A DNA stretch of 64,000 nucleotides from Candidatus Magasanikiibacteriota bacterium. Lineage in GTDB: Bacteria; Patescibacteriota; Patescibacteriia; Magasanikbacterales; UBA922. Where the stretch lies: positions 132,948-196,947 of the forward strand of contig JAKITS010000001.1 of assembly GCA_021648085.1 (NCBI GenBank), given 5' to 3'. The notes beneath the pieces were generated by a model, which saw only the letters and a list, made by a program, of their open reading frames with translations, made no database searches and was not told the DNA's origin. Below, piece by piece: positions 1-9,287 of the stretch. The translations under genes were made by a program, and so were the position numbers. How positions within the stretch are numbered: position 1 is the first letter of the stretch; the number at the start of each line of letters is the position of its first letter.

Positions 1-293
1 TTGGCAATGCTTATCAAGAAGCTGTAGGAATTTTAAAAATATATGTTTGGTCGGGTGTAGGACTGTTTGTTTTGTGGGGGATACAGCAACACCTTCTAAT
101 TGGAAATAGGTTGAGTACAATTTTTTATATATATTTAGTTTTGATGATTTTGAATATAAGTCTTAATTTTATATTTATTCCGTATTTTGGTTTATTGGGG
201 GCTGCGTGGGCTACCTTTATTTCTTATTCATTGGGTCCTTTTATAGCATTAATTCTATTTAAAAATAATCTTAAAAAATTTACAAGTTTTTAA
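1..293 (+). CDS. C-terminal part of a polysaccharide flippase (Wzx/MOP family). The ORF is open to the window edge.
   Basis: The frame is open from nt 3 to the stop at 293. The hydrophobic tail 'GLLGAAWATFISYSLGPFIALILF' is typical of Wzx C-termini, and the gene sits at the head of a glycan cluster. Confidence 0.45.
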   Translation, partial: GNAYQEAVGILKIYVWSGVGLFVLWGIQQHLLIGNRLSTIFYIYLVLMILNISLNFIFIPYFGLLGAAWATFISYSLGPFIALILFKNNLKKFTSF

Positions 294-311
294 GTTAAAT
301 AAAAAAATTTT

Positions 312-938
312 ATGGACACAAAATATTGGGAAAATATATACAAAAATGGAAGTATAATTAAAAAGCCTTCTTTGTTTGCTAAGTTTGTATTAAATAAGCA
401 TATAAAGGATAACGCATCTTTAATAGAATTAGGTTGTGGTAATGGAAGAGATGCTATTTTTTTTGCTTCTAATAATATAAATGTGCTTGCTGTTGATCAG
501 TGTAAAAATAAAATTTCAGAATTAAATAGTAATAAGTATAAAAATTTAATTTTTAAAGCCGGTGATTTTACCAAATTAAATAAATTTGGAACATTTGATA
601 ATATTTATTCTCGTTTTACATTACATTCAATTACAGAAAAAGAAGAAAATAACTTATTTTTATTTGTAAATTCGTGTTTAAATAAAGATGGAAAAATATT
701 TATTGAAGTGAGGGGGGAGAAAAATGGATTGTTTAAAGTTGGTAAACCTGTTATTGGCGAGATAAATGCATTTATTTATAATGGTCATTTTAGAAGGTTT
801 CTTAATATTAATAATATTTGTAAAAAGTTGGAAAGTATAAAATTAAGAATTATATCAGCAGAAGAAAAGACTGGATTTGCTCCTTTAGAGAATGAAGATT
901 TCTTTTTTATAAGAATTGTTGCTCAAAAGAATAGCTAA
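312..938 (+). CDS. Class I SAM-dependent methyltransferase
   Basis: SAM-binding motif I 'LIELGCGNGRDA'. Confidence 0.7.
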   Translation: MDTKYWENIYKNGSIIKKPSLFAKFVLNKHIKDNASLIELGCGNGRDAIFFASNNINVLAVDQCKNKISELNSNKYKNLIFKAGDFTKLNKFGTFDNIYSRFTLHSITEKEENNLFLFVNSCLNKDGKIFIEVRGEKNGLFKVGKPVIGEINAFIYNGHFRRFLNINNICKKLESIKLRIISAEEKTGFAPLENEDFFFIRIVAQKNS

Positions 939-944
939 AATATT

Positions 945-1748
945 ATGATTAACGAAGAAATAAAAAAACAAACTAGAAAGATTCAATTACGTTTATTAAA
1001 TGAATTTCAAAAAATATGCGAAAAAAATAAATTTAAGTTTTGGCTTGATTTTGGAACTTTGTTAGGTGCAGTTCGTCATAATGGATTCATTCCTTGGGAT
1101 GATGACATAGATGTCTCTATGCCAATAGAAGATTATAAAAAATTTTTAGAAATAGCTGAAAAGGAGTTACCAAAAGATATTTTTTTGCAAACTCCCAAAA
1201 CTGATAAATCATATAAACAGTATTTTACAAAGTTAAGAGACACTGGTTCTACTTTTTTAGAACACCATGAAAATAAAGAACATCAGCAAAAATATCCATA
1301 TCATAAGGGGATATTTATAGACATATTTCCTTCTGTAGCCTATCCAAAAATGCCTAAGTTATTTAGAAAAATAATGTTTCGGACAACTGTTCGGTCTAGA
1401 TATAATGCTGTTGTGCTATCAAAAAATAGGTGGCTTAATTATCCAATATATTTTTTTTGTAAAAGTGTTTGGTTTTTAGCCTCTTTTTTTAAAAAGACAG
1501 CACTTGGGAGAACACCGGAAGATAATGGATATATGTGTACAACACATATATCTTATATTTTTCCTTTAAAAAAAGTAGAATTTGAAGGTAAGTTCTATTT
1601 TGCGCCTAACAATCCAAATAAACACTTATCTCAAATGTATCGTAATCACACAACACCTACACCAATAGAAAAACGTATTCCGCACGCTAATATTATTTTA
1701 CCAGACACGCCATGTAATCATCCTAAAGCATTCAAAAGAATTGTATGA
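945..1748 (+). CDS. licD: LicD-family phosphotransferase (phosphocholine/phospho-alcohol transferase)
   Basis: 'GTLLGAVRHNGFIPWDDDIDVSMP' is the LicD nucleotidyltransferase-fold DxD signature. Length 267 aa. Confidence 0.7.
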   Translation: MINEEIKKQTRKIQLRLLNEFQKICEKNKFKFWLDFGTLLGAVRHNGFIPWDDDIDVSMPIEDYKKFLEIAEKELPKDIFLQTPKTDKSYKQYFTKLRDTGSTFLEHHENKEHQQKYPYHKGIFIDIFPSVAYPKMPKLFRKIMFRTTVRSRYNAVVLSKNRWLNYPIYFFCKSVWFLASFFKKTALGRTPEDNGYMCTTHISYIFPLKKVEFEGKFYFAPNNPNKHLSQMYRNHTTPTPIEKRIPHANIILPDTPCNHPKAFKRIV

Positions 1749-2713
1749 ACAATAAAGAGTATAATAAAATAGCACCTGTAGCACTTTTTGTATATAATAG
1801 GCTTAAAAATACAAAGGAGGTATTAGAGGCTTTACAGAAAAATTATTTAGCAAAAAAAACAGATCTTTTTATTTTTTCTGATTTTTATAAAACTGAAAGC
1901 CACAAAAAAGATGTTTTAAATGTAAGAAAATATATAAAAAATATAAGAGGTTTTAAAACTGTAAATATTATTGAAAGAAGAGAAAATTATTATATTGAGA
2001 AAAATATAATAGAGGGTGTAACTGAAATTGTAAATAGGTTTGGAAAAATTATTGTTTTAGAGGATGATGGTGTTACAGCTAGGAATTTTCTAACATTTAT
2101 GAATGGTGCACTTGATTTTTATGAAAAAGAAGATCAAATTATGCATGTCGCTACATTTACATTTATAAAAATGCCAAATGAATATAAAAAAACTTTTTTT
2201 TGGCGTTATACAGAAAATACTGGTGGAGGTTGGGGAACATGGAAAAATAGCTGGGATAAGTTTGAACAGTTTTTCTCAGAAGAAAAAGCTCTGTCTGCAC
2301 TGTCTCTAAATCAAAAAAATAGAATACAACTAAATGGTTCTTTTAAATGTCTTACCACTTTAAAATTAAACCCAATACCTTGGGATATTTGTTGGTATAT
2401 TGCACTTATCAGAAACAATGGTTTATCTGTAAATTCCCCACACGCACTTATTAAAAATAACGGATTATTTAACGGGACTCATTTTACTATAATTAATCGA
2501 CTACTTGGAAAAAGTCCTTTTGAAGTTGAATTAGATAAAAATGAAGAAATTATTTTTGATGATCATATTGTAGAAAATAAGAATGCTATAAAATTATTGA
2601 AAGTATTTTATGAGAAAATGGAAAAAAGAAAAAGAGCTATTATTTTGAATAAGTTTATTCGTATTTTGGTTGTGTTAAAGATCACAAAATTATTAAAGAA
2701 ATTTTTTAAATAA
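1745..2713 (+). CDS. Putative GT-A fold glycosyltransferase, paralog of 11017..11949
   Basis: Shares 'PVALFVYNR', 'LEDD' (DxD-like) and 'GGGWGTWKNSWDKF' blocks with the 11017 ORF ('PILLVIFNR', 'FEDD', 'GWATWRRSWDKY'). ATGA start/stop overlap with the upstream gene. Confidence 0.4.
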   Translation: MNNKEYNKIAPVALFVYNRLKNTKEVLEALQKNYLAKKTDLFIFSDFYKTESHKKDVLNVRKYIKNIRGFKTVNIIERRENYYIEKNIIEGVTEIVNRFGKIIVLEDDGVTARNFLTFMNGALDFYEKEDQIMHVATFTFIKMPNEYKKTFFWRYTENTGGGWGTWKNSWDKFEQFFSEEKALSALSLNQKNRIQLNGSFKCLTTLKLNPIPWDICWYIALIRNNGLSVNSPHALIKNNGLFNGTHFTIINRLLGKSPFEVELDKNEEIIFDDHIVENKNAIKLLKVFYEKMEKRKRAIILNKFIRILVVLKITKLLKKFFK

Positions 2714-2719
2714 GTGTAT

Positions 2720-3406
2720 ATGTTAAAAAAGCTGTTTAATATTTATCGTTTTTTATTTCCAAAGTCAAAAGTTATATTTAATGACTTACAAAGAATATAT
2801 CCAATAAGTACCATGTTTGGTTTTGATCGCGGAACACCTATTGATAGATATTATATTGAGAATTTTTTATCAGCTAATTCCAAATTTATTACAGGTAAAG
2901 TGTTGGAAATTGGTGATAATATATATACTTTAAAGTACGGTAATAAAAATGTGAAAAGTGAGGTGTTGGGATTTGATAAAACATCTCCAAATGTAACTAT
3001 AATTGGTGATCTAACAAAAATGGAAACACTGCCTAATAAAGAAATTGATTGTTTTATCTGTACTCAGACTTACAATTTTATTTATGATGTAAAAAAAGCT
3101 ATAAAAGGTAGTTATTATATCTTAAAAGAAAAAGGTACTTTGTTAGGTACGGTGTCTGGTATTTCTCAGATTTCACGATATGATATGGATAAATGGGGTG
3201 ATTATTGGCGTTTTACAGATAAATCTATTCGAATTCTTTTGGAAGAAGCAGGTTTTAAAAATATTAATGTATATCCAATGGGAAATGTATTAGCGTCCAT
3301 AGCTTTTTTACAAGGTGTTGTGATAGAGGATATGCCTAAAAAACAATTATTAAATAAACATGATAAAGATTATCAGTTAACAATATGTTTTACCGCAATA
3401 AAATAG
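2720..3406 (+). CDS. SAM-dependent methyltransferase (sugar O-methyltransferase-like)
   Basis: 'GFDRGTPIDRYYIENFL...GKVLEIGDN' block is typical of a methyltransferase family found in polysaccharide clusters. The track ORF starts at GTG 2714; the ATG at 2720 is preferred. Confidence 0.5.
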   Translation: MLKKLFNIYRFLFPKSKVIFNDLQRIYPISTMFGFDRGTPIDRYYIENFLSANSKFITGKVLEIGDNIYTLKYGNKNVKSEVLGFDKTSPNVTIIGDLTKMETLPNKEIDCFICTQTYNFIYDVKKAIKGSYYILKEKGTLLGTVSGISQISRYDMDKWGDYWRFTDKSIRILLEEAGFKNINVYPMGNVLASIAFLQGVVIEDMPKKQLLNKHDKDYQLTICFTAIK

Positions 3407-4389
3407 AGCAAGTTTTTAAAAATATTTTAACATCTGGTATTTCTCAAAAAATATTTAGTTTTTCAGATGGAAGTATAGCAACAATTTTAATGTTGCATAG
3501 AGTAGATAATATTGACACTTGCCGTTTTTTGTGTAATGAGCACTTAAAAATTTCTGAAGTTTTTTTAGAAAATTTAATTTTAGACTTTAAGAAAAAAGGT
3601 TTTATTTTTGTAAGTATTGATGAATTATTTAATAATTTAAATAAAAATGCAAATAATAAAAAGATGGTTGTTATTACTTTGGACGATGGTTATAAAGATA
3701 ATATTACAAAAGGTTTGCCGGTATTTAAAAAACATAACGTGCCATTTGTTGTGTATGTGACTACTGGAATGGTCGAACATGAGTTTATCTATTGGTGGTA
3801 TCTACTTGAAGATTTAATTTCTCAAAATAATAGTATTATTTTGAGCGATGGTAGTGTTTATAATTGCAAAAGTAAAAAAGATAAAGAAGCTACTTTTATG
3901 AGGATACGTCAAAAAATTATGTCTATAAATCCTAAAAATTTTTCAGAAATTTTTACTAAATTATTTTCGAATTATAAAATTGACCTTTACAAGTATAATG
4001 ATATTTTACCAATGTCTTGGGAAGACGTGAGATTATTGGTGGATGAGCCACTTGCAACAGTAGGCTCACATACACATTCACATATAAATTTTAAATTTTT
4101 TAATGAACTCGAGATAGTTAGTGATATAAAAAAGGCTAATATTTTATTTAAACAAAAAGTAAATTTTAAACCTAATCATTTTTGTTATCCTTATGGAGAC
4201 AATTTGAGTCCTAGAGATGAAAGAATTGTTAAATCTTTGGGTTTTAAAACTGCAGTCACAGCAAGTGTTGGTAATATTTATTCAAATTATAAAGATAAGT
4301 TGTTTTCATTACCTCGCATATTTGTTGCAGAAAATGCAAATCCTAATATTTTTAAACATATGACTTGGTTGAAATATAAAAATAAATAA
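3385..4389 (+). CDS. Polysaccharide deacetylase (NodB-homology domain)
   Basis: 'VVITLDDGYKDN' Asp-Asp metal motif and 'VGSHTHSH' His motif. Confidence 0.7.
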   Translation: MFYRNKIEQVFKNILTSGISQKIFSFSDGSIATILMLHRVDNIDTCRFLCNEHLKISEVFLENLILDFKKKGFIFVSIDELFNNLNKNANNKKMVVITLDDGYKDNITKGLPVFKKHNVPFVVYVTTGMVEHEFIYWWYLLEDLISQNNSIILSDGSVYNCKSKKDKEATFMRIRQKIMSINPKNFSEIFTKLFSNYKIDLYKYNDILPMSWEDVRLLVDEPLATVGSHTHSHINFKFFNELEIVSDIKKANILFKQKVNFKPNHFCYPYGDNLSPRDERIVKSLGFKTAVTASVGNIYSNYKDKLFSLPRIFVAENANPNIFKHMTWLKYKNK

Positions 4390-4414
4390 TTTTAGTATTT
4401 ATATTCTTAATATT

Positions 4415-5647
4415 ATGTATAAAAAACTATCTATAATAATGCCGTGTTATAATTGTGAGTCTACGATTGAAGAAGCCGTAAACTCTATTTATAAGCAAGA
4501 TTTACAAATACCGTTTGAGGTGGTTATGGTAAATGATGGGTCAACTGATAATACAGAAAAAATTATAAATAATTTAGTTATTAGGTTTAGTGAAATAAAA
4601 CGTATTATCCATAAGCAAAATAGAGGTGGTGGAGCAACAAGAAATACAGCTGTAAAAAATTCAGACGGAGACTTAATTTTTTGTTTAGATAGTGACGATA
4701 TTTTACCAAAAAATATGCTCTATAAAATGGTGGAATGTATAAGTAAAAAAAAAGTTGATGGAGTTGTTTTTCACGAAGCCAGATTTTTTAAAGGTTTAAA
4801 TAAAAATAAAACTAGTAGTAGTTTTAACAATATAAATAATAGAAATTTTGAAGTAAAAGACTTGTTTAATGAGAATAACGGATCTTTGACATTGGTTAAT
4901 TTTTTATATACTAAAAAAGCTTTTGATATTGCTGGTGGTTATCCGGAAAATCATAATATGGACACCCAAGCTTTTGGATTTCGCTTTATTACTAAGGGTT
5001 TAAAAGCTTGTGTTTGTCCGGATACTTATTATTTTCATAGACAAGCTAATAAAAAATCATATTTTGAAAGAATGTATGAGTCAGGTGAATTCTCATTAAA
5101 CTTTTATTATATATATGAAGAAATATTATATCTTTTTTCCAGAGAAGATGTAAAAAATATTATTAAGTATAATGTTTTTAAAAATTCTAAATTAGGAGAA
5201 AAAAATTTAAAAGTTGAATTGGATCTGAAATATTTGAAAAAAAAAGATAGTTTGTTTATATCTAATTACAAAAATTATGTTATTAAAGATGGTTTTGATA
5301 AATATATAAAAGAAACGCCAGAATGTGAGGAATTTTATAATAAATTTATTAGGGCTGTTTATTTTTATAAAAAACATGAGTTTAATAAGGCATTAGATTT
5401 ATTTATAGAATCGTTAAATTTTGACACTTTCAATAAATTAGTGTACTTTAACATAATACGTTGCGTCGTCGCCCTGTCTGGTGTAAATAGAAATTTAATT
5501 GAAAAAGAGTCTGTAAAAATAACTGAATTACTAGCTTTAAAAAAACAAAAGATAAATTTAAATCCAAATTTTATTAAAAAAATATTAATTTTTTTATGGA
5601 AATTTGTTAAAAAATATAAAAAAGTTTTTAATAATAGGATAAAATAA
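4415..5647 (+). CDS. Family 2 glycosyltransferase with extended C-terminal domain
   Basis: 'LSIIMPCYNCESTIEEAVNSIYKQ...VMVNDGSTDNT...FCLDSDD' GT2 motifs. Confidence 0.75.
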   Translation: MYKKLSIIMPCYNCESTIEEAVNSIYKQDLQIPFEVVMVNDGSTDNTEKIINNLVIRFSEIKRIIHKQNRGGGATRNTAVKNSDGDLIFCLDSDDILPKNMLYKMVECISKKKVDGVVFHEARFFKGLNKNKTSSSFNNINNRNFEVKDLFNENNGSLTLVNFLYTKKAFDIAGGYPENHNMDTQAFGFRFITKGLKACVCPDTYYFHRQANKKSYFERMYESGEFSLNFYYIYEEILYLFSREDVKNIIKYNVFKNSKLGEKNLKVELDLKYLKKKDSLFISNYKNYVIKDGFDKYIKETPECEEFYNKFIRAVYFYKKHEFNKALDLFIESLNFDTFNKLVYFNIIRCVVALSGVNRNLIEKESVKITELLALKKQKINLNPNFIKKILIFLWKFVKKYKKVFNNRIK

Positions 5648-5651
5648 AAAT

Positions 5652-6593
5652 ATGATAAAGGCGATTTTGTTTGATTTGGATGGGGTTTTGGTAAATATGC
5701 CTGATGGGCATTATGAAGCTCTAAATAAGACTTTAAATCTTTTTGGTACGCAGATTGAAAGAGAAGAGCATGTGTTAAACTTCAACGGATTACCAACAAG
5801 AAAGAAGGTTGAAAAATTACAAGAGCAGGGGCGCTTACCTAATGGTTTAGTAGAATTAATAAATAGTGTTAAGCAAATACACACAAAAAAAATTATTCCA
5901 AAATATTGTGTACCAGATTATTCAAAAATTATTTTGTTAAAACAGTTAAAGAAAAAAGGATATAAATTGGCTTGTTGTTCAAACTCTGTAAAAGAAACTT
6001 TACATTTAATGCTTAAATCTGCACAGTTATTTGATTATTTTGATTTTATTATAGGCAATGATGAGGTTGTTAATTCAAAGCCAGATCCAGAAATATATCT
6101 CAAAACATTTGAAAAAATGGGTTTAAAGCCAAATGAATGTATTATTGTGGAAGATGCTCCACCTGGTGTTGAGGCAGCAAAGAGAAGTGGTGGTATTGTA
6201 TACCAAGTAAAAGGTGTTGAGGATGTTAACTTATCTTTGTTTAAAGATTTATTATTGAACAAAATACAAAAAACTTTAAAATTAAGTGATTTTACAAAAG
6301 GTTGGATTATTGGTGATTTTGATTTGAGTATTTTAAAAACTAAGGATTTTGAGGTCGCCATAAAATATTATAAAAAAGGAGATTTAGAACCTGAACATGT
6401 TCACAAAATAGCAAGAGAAATTACAGTTTTCATTTCTGGAATTTTTAAAATGAATGGTAAAGAATTTAGAAAAGGTGAAATCATGGTTTTGGATCCTAGT
6501 GAAAGTAGCAGTTTCGAGTGTTTAGAAGATGGATTTATTATAGTAATTAAAACACCATCAGTTGTGGGGGATAAATATATAATTAATAAGTAA
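5652..6593 (+). CDS. HAD-superfamily hydrolase (beta-phosphoglucomutase-like) fused to a C-terminal cupin domain
   Basis: N-terminal 'ILFDLDGVLV' HAD motif I, 'SNS' motif II and 'GNDEVVNSKPDPE' region. C-terminal ~100 aa 'GWIIGDFDL...EPEHVHK' is cupin-like. Confidence 0.6.
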   Translation: MIKAILFDLDGVLVNMPDGHYEALNKTLNLFGTQIEREEHVLNFNGLPTRKKVEKLQEQGRLPNGLVELINSVKQIHTKKIIPKYCVPDYSKIILLKQLKKKGYKLACCSNSVKETLHLMLKSAQLFDYFDFIIGNDEVVNSKPDPEIYLKTFEKMGLKPNECIIVEDAPPGVEAAKRSGGIVYQVKGVEDVNLSLFKDLLLNKIQKTLKLSDFTKGWIIGDFDLSILKTKDFEVAIKYYKKGDLEPEHVHKIAREITVFISGIFKMNGKEFRKGEIMVLDPSESSSFECLEDGFIIVIKTPSVVGDKYIINK

Positions 6594-6597
6594 TATT

Positions 6598-7353
6598 ATG
6601 TCAAAAACACTAAATATAATAATTCCAATGGCAGGAAAAGGATCTCGTTTTAGAGATGTTGGTTATACATTTCCAAAACCTATTATAGATATAAAAGGAA
6701 AAACAATGATTGAGGTTGTAATAAACAATCTTAAGCCAGATTGTGACCATAAGTTTATTTTTATTTGTCAGAGAGAGCATTATGAAAAATATGATCTTTA
6801 TAATATTTTAAAAAACGCTACAGACAATAAGTTTGAAATTGTACAAATAGATGGTATTACAGAAGGTGCTGTTTGTACAGTTCTTTGTGCTCTACAATAT
6901 ATAAACAATGAAAATGATATTGTGATAGCAAATTCAGATCAGTTTATTAGTATGGGATTGAATGATTTTATTAATGACGCTAGATGTGGGGATAAGGACG
7001 GGTTGATTATGACTTTTAAAGCAAGTCACCCTAAGTGGAGTTATGCTAGAGTAGGTGAGGACGGTAATGTTGTGGAAGTGGCAGAAAAACGAGTAATTTC
7101 AGATAAGGCAACTGTGGGAATTTACTATTTTAAATCAGGTAAAGAATTTATAAGATCTGCACAGTCTATGATAGAAAAGGATATGCGACATAATAATGAA
7201 TTTTATGTTTGTCCTGTGTATAATGAAATGATTTTGGAAGATAAAAATATAGGTATAAAAAACATAGAAGTGGAAGAGATGCACGGTTTAGGAACGCCAG
7301 AGGATTTAAATGAGTTTTTGAAAAAATTAGATGGTGGAAGTGTAAAAATTTAA
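6598..7353 (+). CDS. Sugar-phosphate / phospho-alcohol nucleotidyltransferase (LicC/RmlA-like)
   Basis: N-terminal 'IIIPMAGKGSRF' nucleotidyltransferase P-loop-like signature. Confidence 0.65.
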   Translation: MSKTLNIIIPMAGKGSRFRDVGYTFPKPIIDIKGKTMIEVVINNLKPDCDHKFIFICQREHYEKYDLYNILKNATDNKFEIVQIDGITEGAVCTVLCALQYINNENDIVIANSDQFISMGLNDFINDARCGDKDGLIMTFKASHPKWSYARVGEDGNVVEVAEKRVISDKATVGIYYFKSGKEFIRSAQSMIEKDMRHNNEFYVCPVYNEMILEDKNIGIKNIEVEEMHGLGTPEDLNEFLKKLDGGSVKI

Positions 7354-7359
7354 ATTTTT

Positions 7360-8223
7360 ATGATTATCACGCTTACTCATAGAGGTCTTGAGCCTAAAAA
7401 AAAAGATTTTTTTACTGAAAGCTCTTTTGAGGCTTTTGAGGATCAAGCAAAAAGAGGGTTTGGGCTTGAGTTTGATGTAAATTTTTCCAAAGATAATAAG
7501 GTTGTTATTTTTCATGATCAAGGATTGGAAAGGATAACAAATGGAAAAGACAATAGACTGTTTTCTGGTATGACATTGGATGAAATTAAAAGAGTTAAGT
7601 TTAAAAAAGGAAGGGTGTGTAGTTTGAATGAAGTGTTGTTAATTATAAAGTATGGTAGCAGTAAAATGAATGCACTCCATCTGAAGGGAAAATATCAGGA
7701 TGAAAAATATCTGGAAATTTTGTTGAAATATTTTAAAAAATTTCAACAAATAATGAATAAAATAATTATTTTTGATGTTAAGGTTGAAACTGCTAAATAT
7801 TTACTAGAAAGAATGCCAGATTTAATTCTAGCACCATCAGTATCTCACAAATATGACATAAAGAGATATAATACTTGTGTAAATAATACCTTGCTCACTA
7901 TTGAAGAGGTAATAAGTAATAAAAAGTTATTTCAATGGGTTTGGCTTGATGAGTGGGATAGGCATGACGAGGGTGGACAAAAGAAAACATTTTATAATGA
8001 ACGGGTTTTTTCTTTGCTAAAAAAAGAAGGTTTTAATATTGCCTTGGTTACTCCAGAACTACACGGAACTTCACCTGGATTATTAGGTGGTGAGACTCAT
8101 CAAGATGCAAAAAATTTAAATACAATCAGAAAAAGAATTGAAAAAATTTTGAAATTAAATCCCAATATGGTGTGTACAGATTATCCAGAGTTAATTTTGG
8201 AATGTTTATTACTTGTAAAATGA
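7360..8223 (+). CDS. Glycerophosphodiester phosphodiesterase family protein (GDPD)
   Basis: 'LTHRGL' (HR motif) and 'LEFDVNFSKDNKVVIFHD' (E-x-D ... HD) are GDPD signatures. Confidence 0.6.
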   Translation: MIITLTHRGLEPKKKDFFTESSFEAFEDQAKRGFGLEFDVNFSKDNKVVIFHDQGLERITNGKDNRLFSGMTLDEIKRVKFKKGRVCSLNEVLLIIKYGSSKMNALHLKGKYQDEKYLEILLKYFKKFQQIMNKIIIFDVKVETAKYLLERMPDLILAPSVSHKYDIKRYNTCVNNTLLTIEEVISNKKLFQWVWLDEWDRHDEGGQKKTFYNERVFSLLKKEGFNIALVTPELHGTSPGLLGGETHQDAKNLNTIRKRIEKILKLNPNMVCTDYPELILECLLLVK

Positions 8224-9227
8224 CAAAGATAAAAATAGAAAAATTTAAAAGTTGTAAAAATAGAATTGTTTTACGGTTGAAACATTTTTTTTGTGGTTAT
8301 ATAACTTTTCATATTCGTCCTAAAAATTCTTCAGATATTAATATTTGGCATGATTCTTTGGTTAATTATTCTAAGGTTGCAATAATAATTCAAGGTCCTT
8401 TGTTAAAAAAAAATAATTTTACTTTGGAAACAGTAAGACTTTATAAAAAAATATTTAATAAATATGCAATTATTTTATCCACATGGGAAGATGAGGATGT
8501 TGACTATATAAATGAAATTAAAAAAGAGGGGATAGTAGTTTTGTTAAATAAAAAACCTGATTATTCTGGAATTTCTCATATTAATTATCAAATTGTTTCA
8601 ACTAGTAACGCTATTGCAAAAGCACAAGAAATTGGTGTAGAATACATTCTGAAAACAAGAACTGATTTAAGAATATATAATCCAAATTCAATTGAATTTC
8701 TTGTTAATTTTATAAGTTTATTTCCCGTAGATCCGCTTTATAAACAAAAAAAGAGAATTGCAGGTATTAGTTTGAACACTTTTAAATATCGTCCTTATAG
8801 TATTTCTGATATGGTTTTGTTTGGTTGTGTTGATGATATGGTGGATTATTGGGGGTGTGGTTTGGATATGAGAAAAGATTTTGCAAATCATGAAAAAATA
8901 GGAGATTGGTCGAGAGCTAGGTTGTGCGAGGTGTATCTGTCTGCAAATTATTTAGAAACTAAAGGTAGAAAACTTAAATGGACAATAGAAGACAGTTGGT
9001 CTATGTTTGCAAACTATTTTTGTATATTTGATCAGCAAAGCTTGGATATTTATTGGCATAAATACGCAAGAAATTTAGAATATAGAAGATTAGAATACAA
9101 AAATCTTAAAAATAGTCAGGAGCTAACTTTTTCTGAGTGGTTAAATATGTTTTACAATTTAAACAATAAAAAAAATATTCCAGAATATATTTTAAGTCAG
9201 AAATTTAAAGAAAAAATAAAGCAATAA
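8220..9227 (+). CDS. Hypothetical protein in the glycan cluster
   Basis: Long ORF. The track start 8172 overlaps the upstream gene. The ATG at 8220 (ATGA overlap with the upstream stop) is preferred. No recognisable motif. Confidence 0.35.
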   Translation: MTKIKIEKFKSCKNRIVLRLKHFFCGYITFHIRPKNSSDINIWHDSLVNYSKVAIIIQGPLLKKNNFTLETVRLYKKIFNKYAIILSTWEDEDVDYINEIKKEGIVVLLNKKPDYSGISHINYQIVSTSNAIAKAQEIGVEYILKTRTDLRIYNPNSIEFLVNFISLFPVDPLYKQKKRIAGISLNTFKYRPYSISDMVLFGCVDDMVDYWGCGLDMRKDFANHEKIGDWSRARLCEVYLSANYLETKGRKLKWTIEDSWSMFANYFCIFDQQSLDIYWHKYARNLEYRRLEYKNLKNSQELTFSEWLNMFYNLNNKKNIPEYILSQKFKEKIKQ

Positions 9228-9287
9228 CTTTTTTATTCATATGTTTTAATTTAAATTTCAATAATTAATTTTAAAAATAAATATAAT

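Noticed and set aside
6035-6361. 108-aa minus-strand ORF inside the HAD-cupin gene, and similar antisense ORFs listed in the track (e.g. 9494..9724, 14419..15417, 19007..20243, 25151..25492, 31686..32714, 41045..42390, 44971..47361)
   Set aside because: They are embedded antisense in well-supported coding genes with clear motifs. These are typical shadow ORFs of an AT-rich genome.
8172-8219. Upstream extension of the 8220 ORF (track start 8172)
   Set aside because: It would overlap the last 50 nt of the GDPD gene. The ATGA-type overlap at 8220 is the more typical coupled start.
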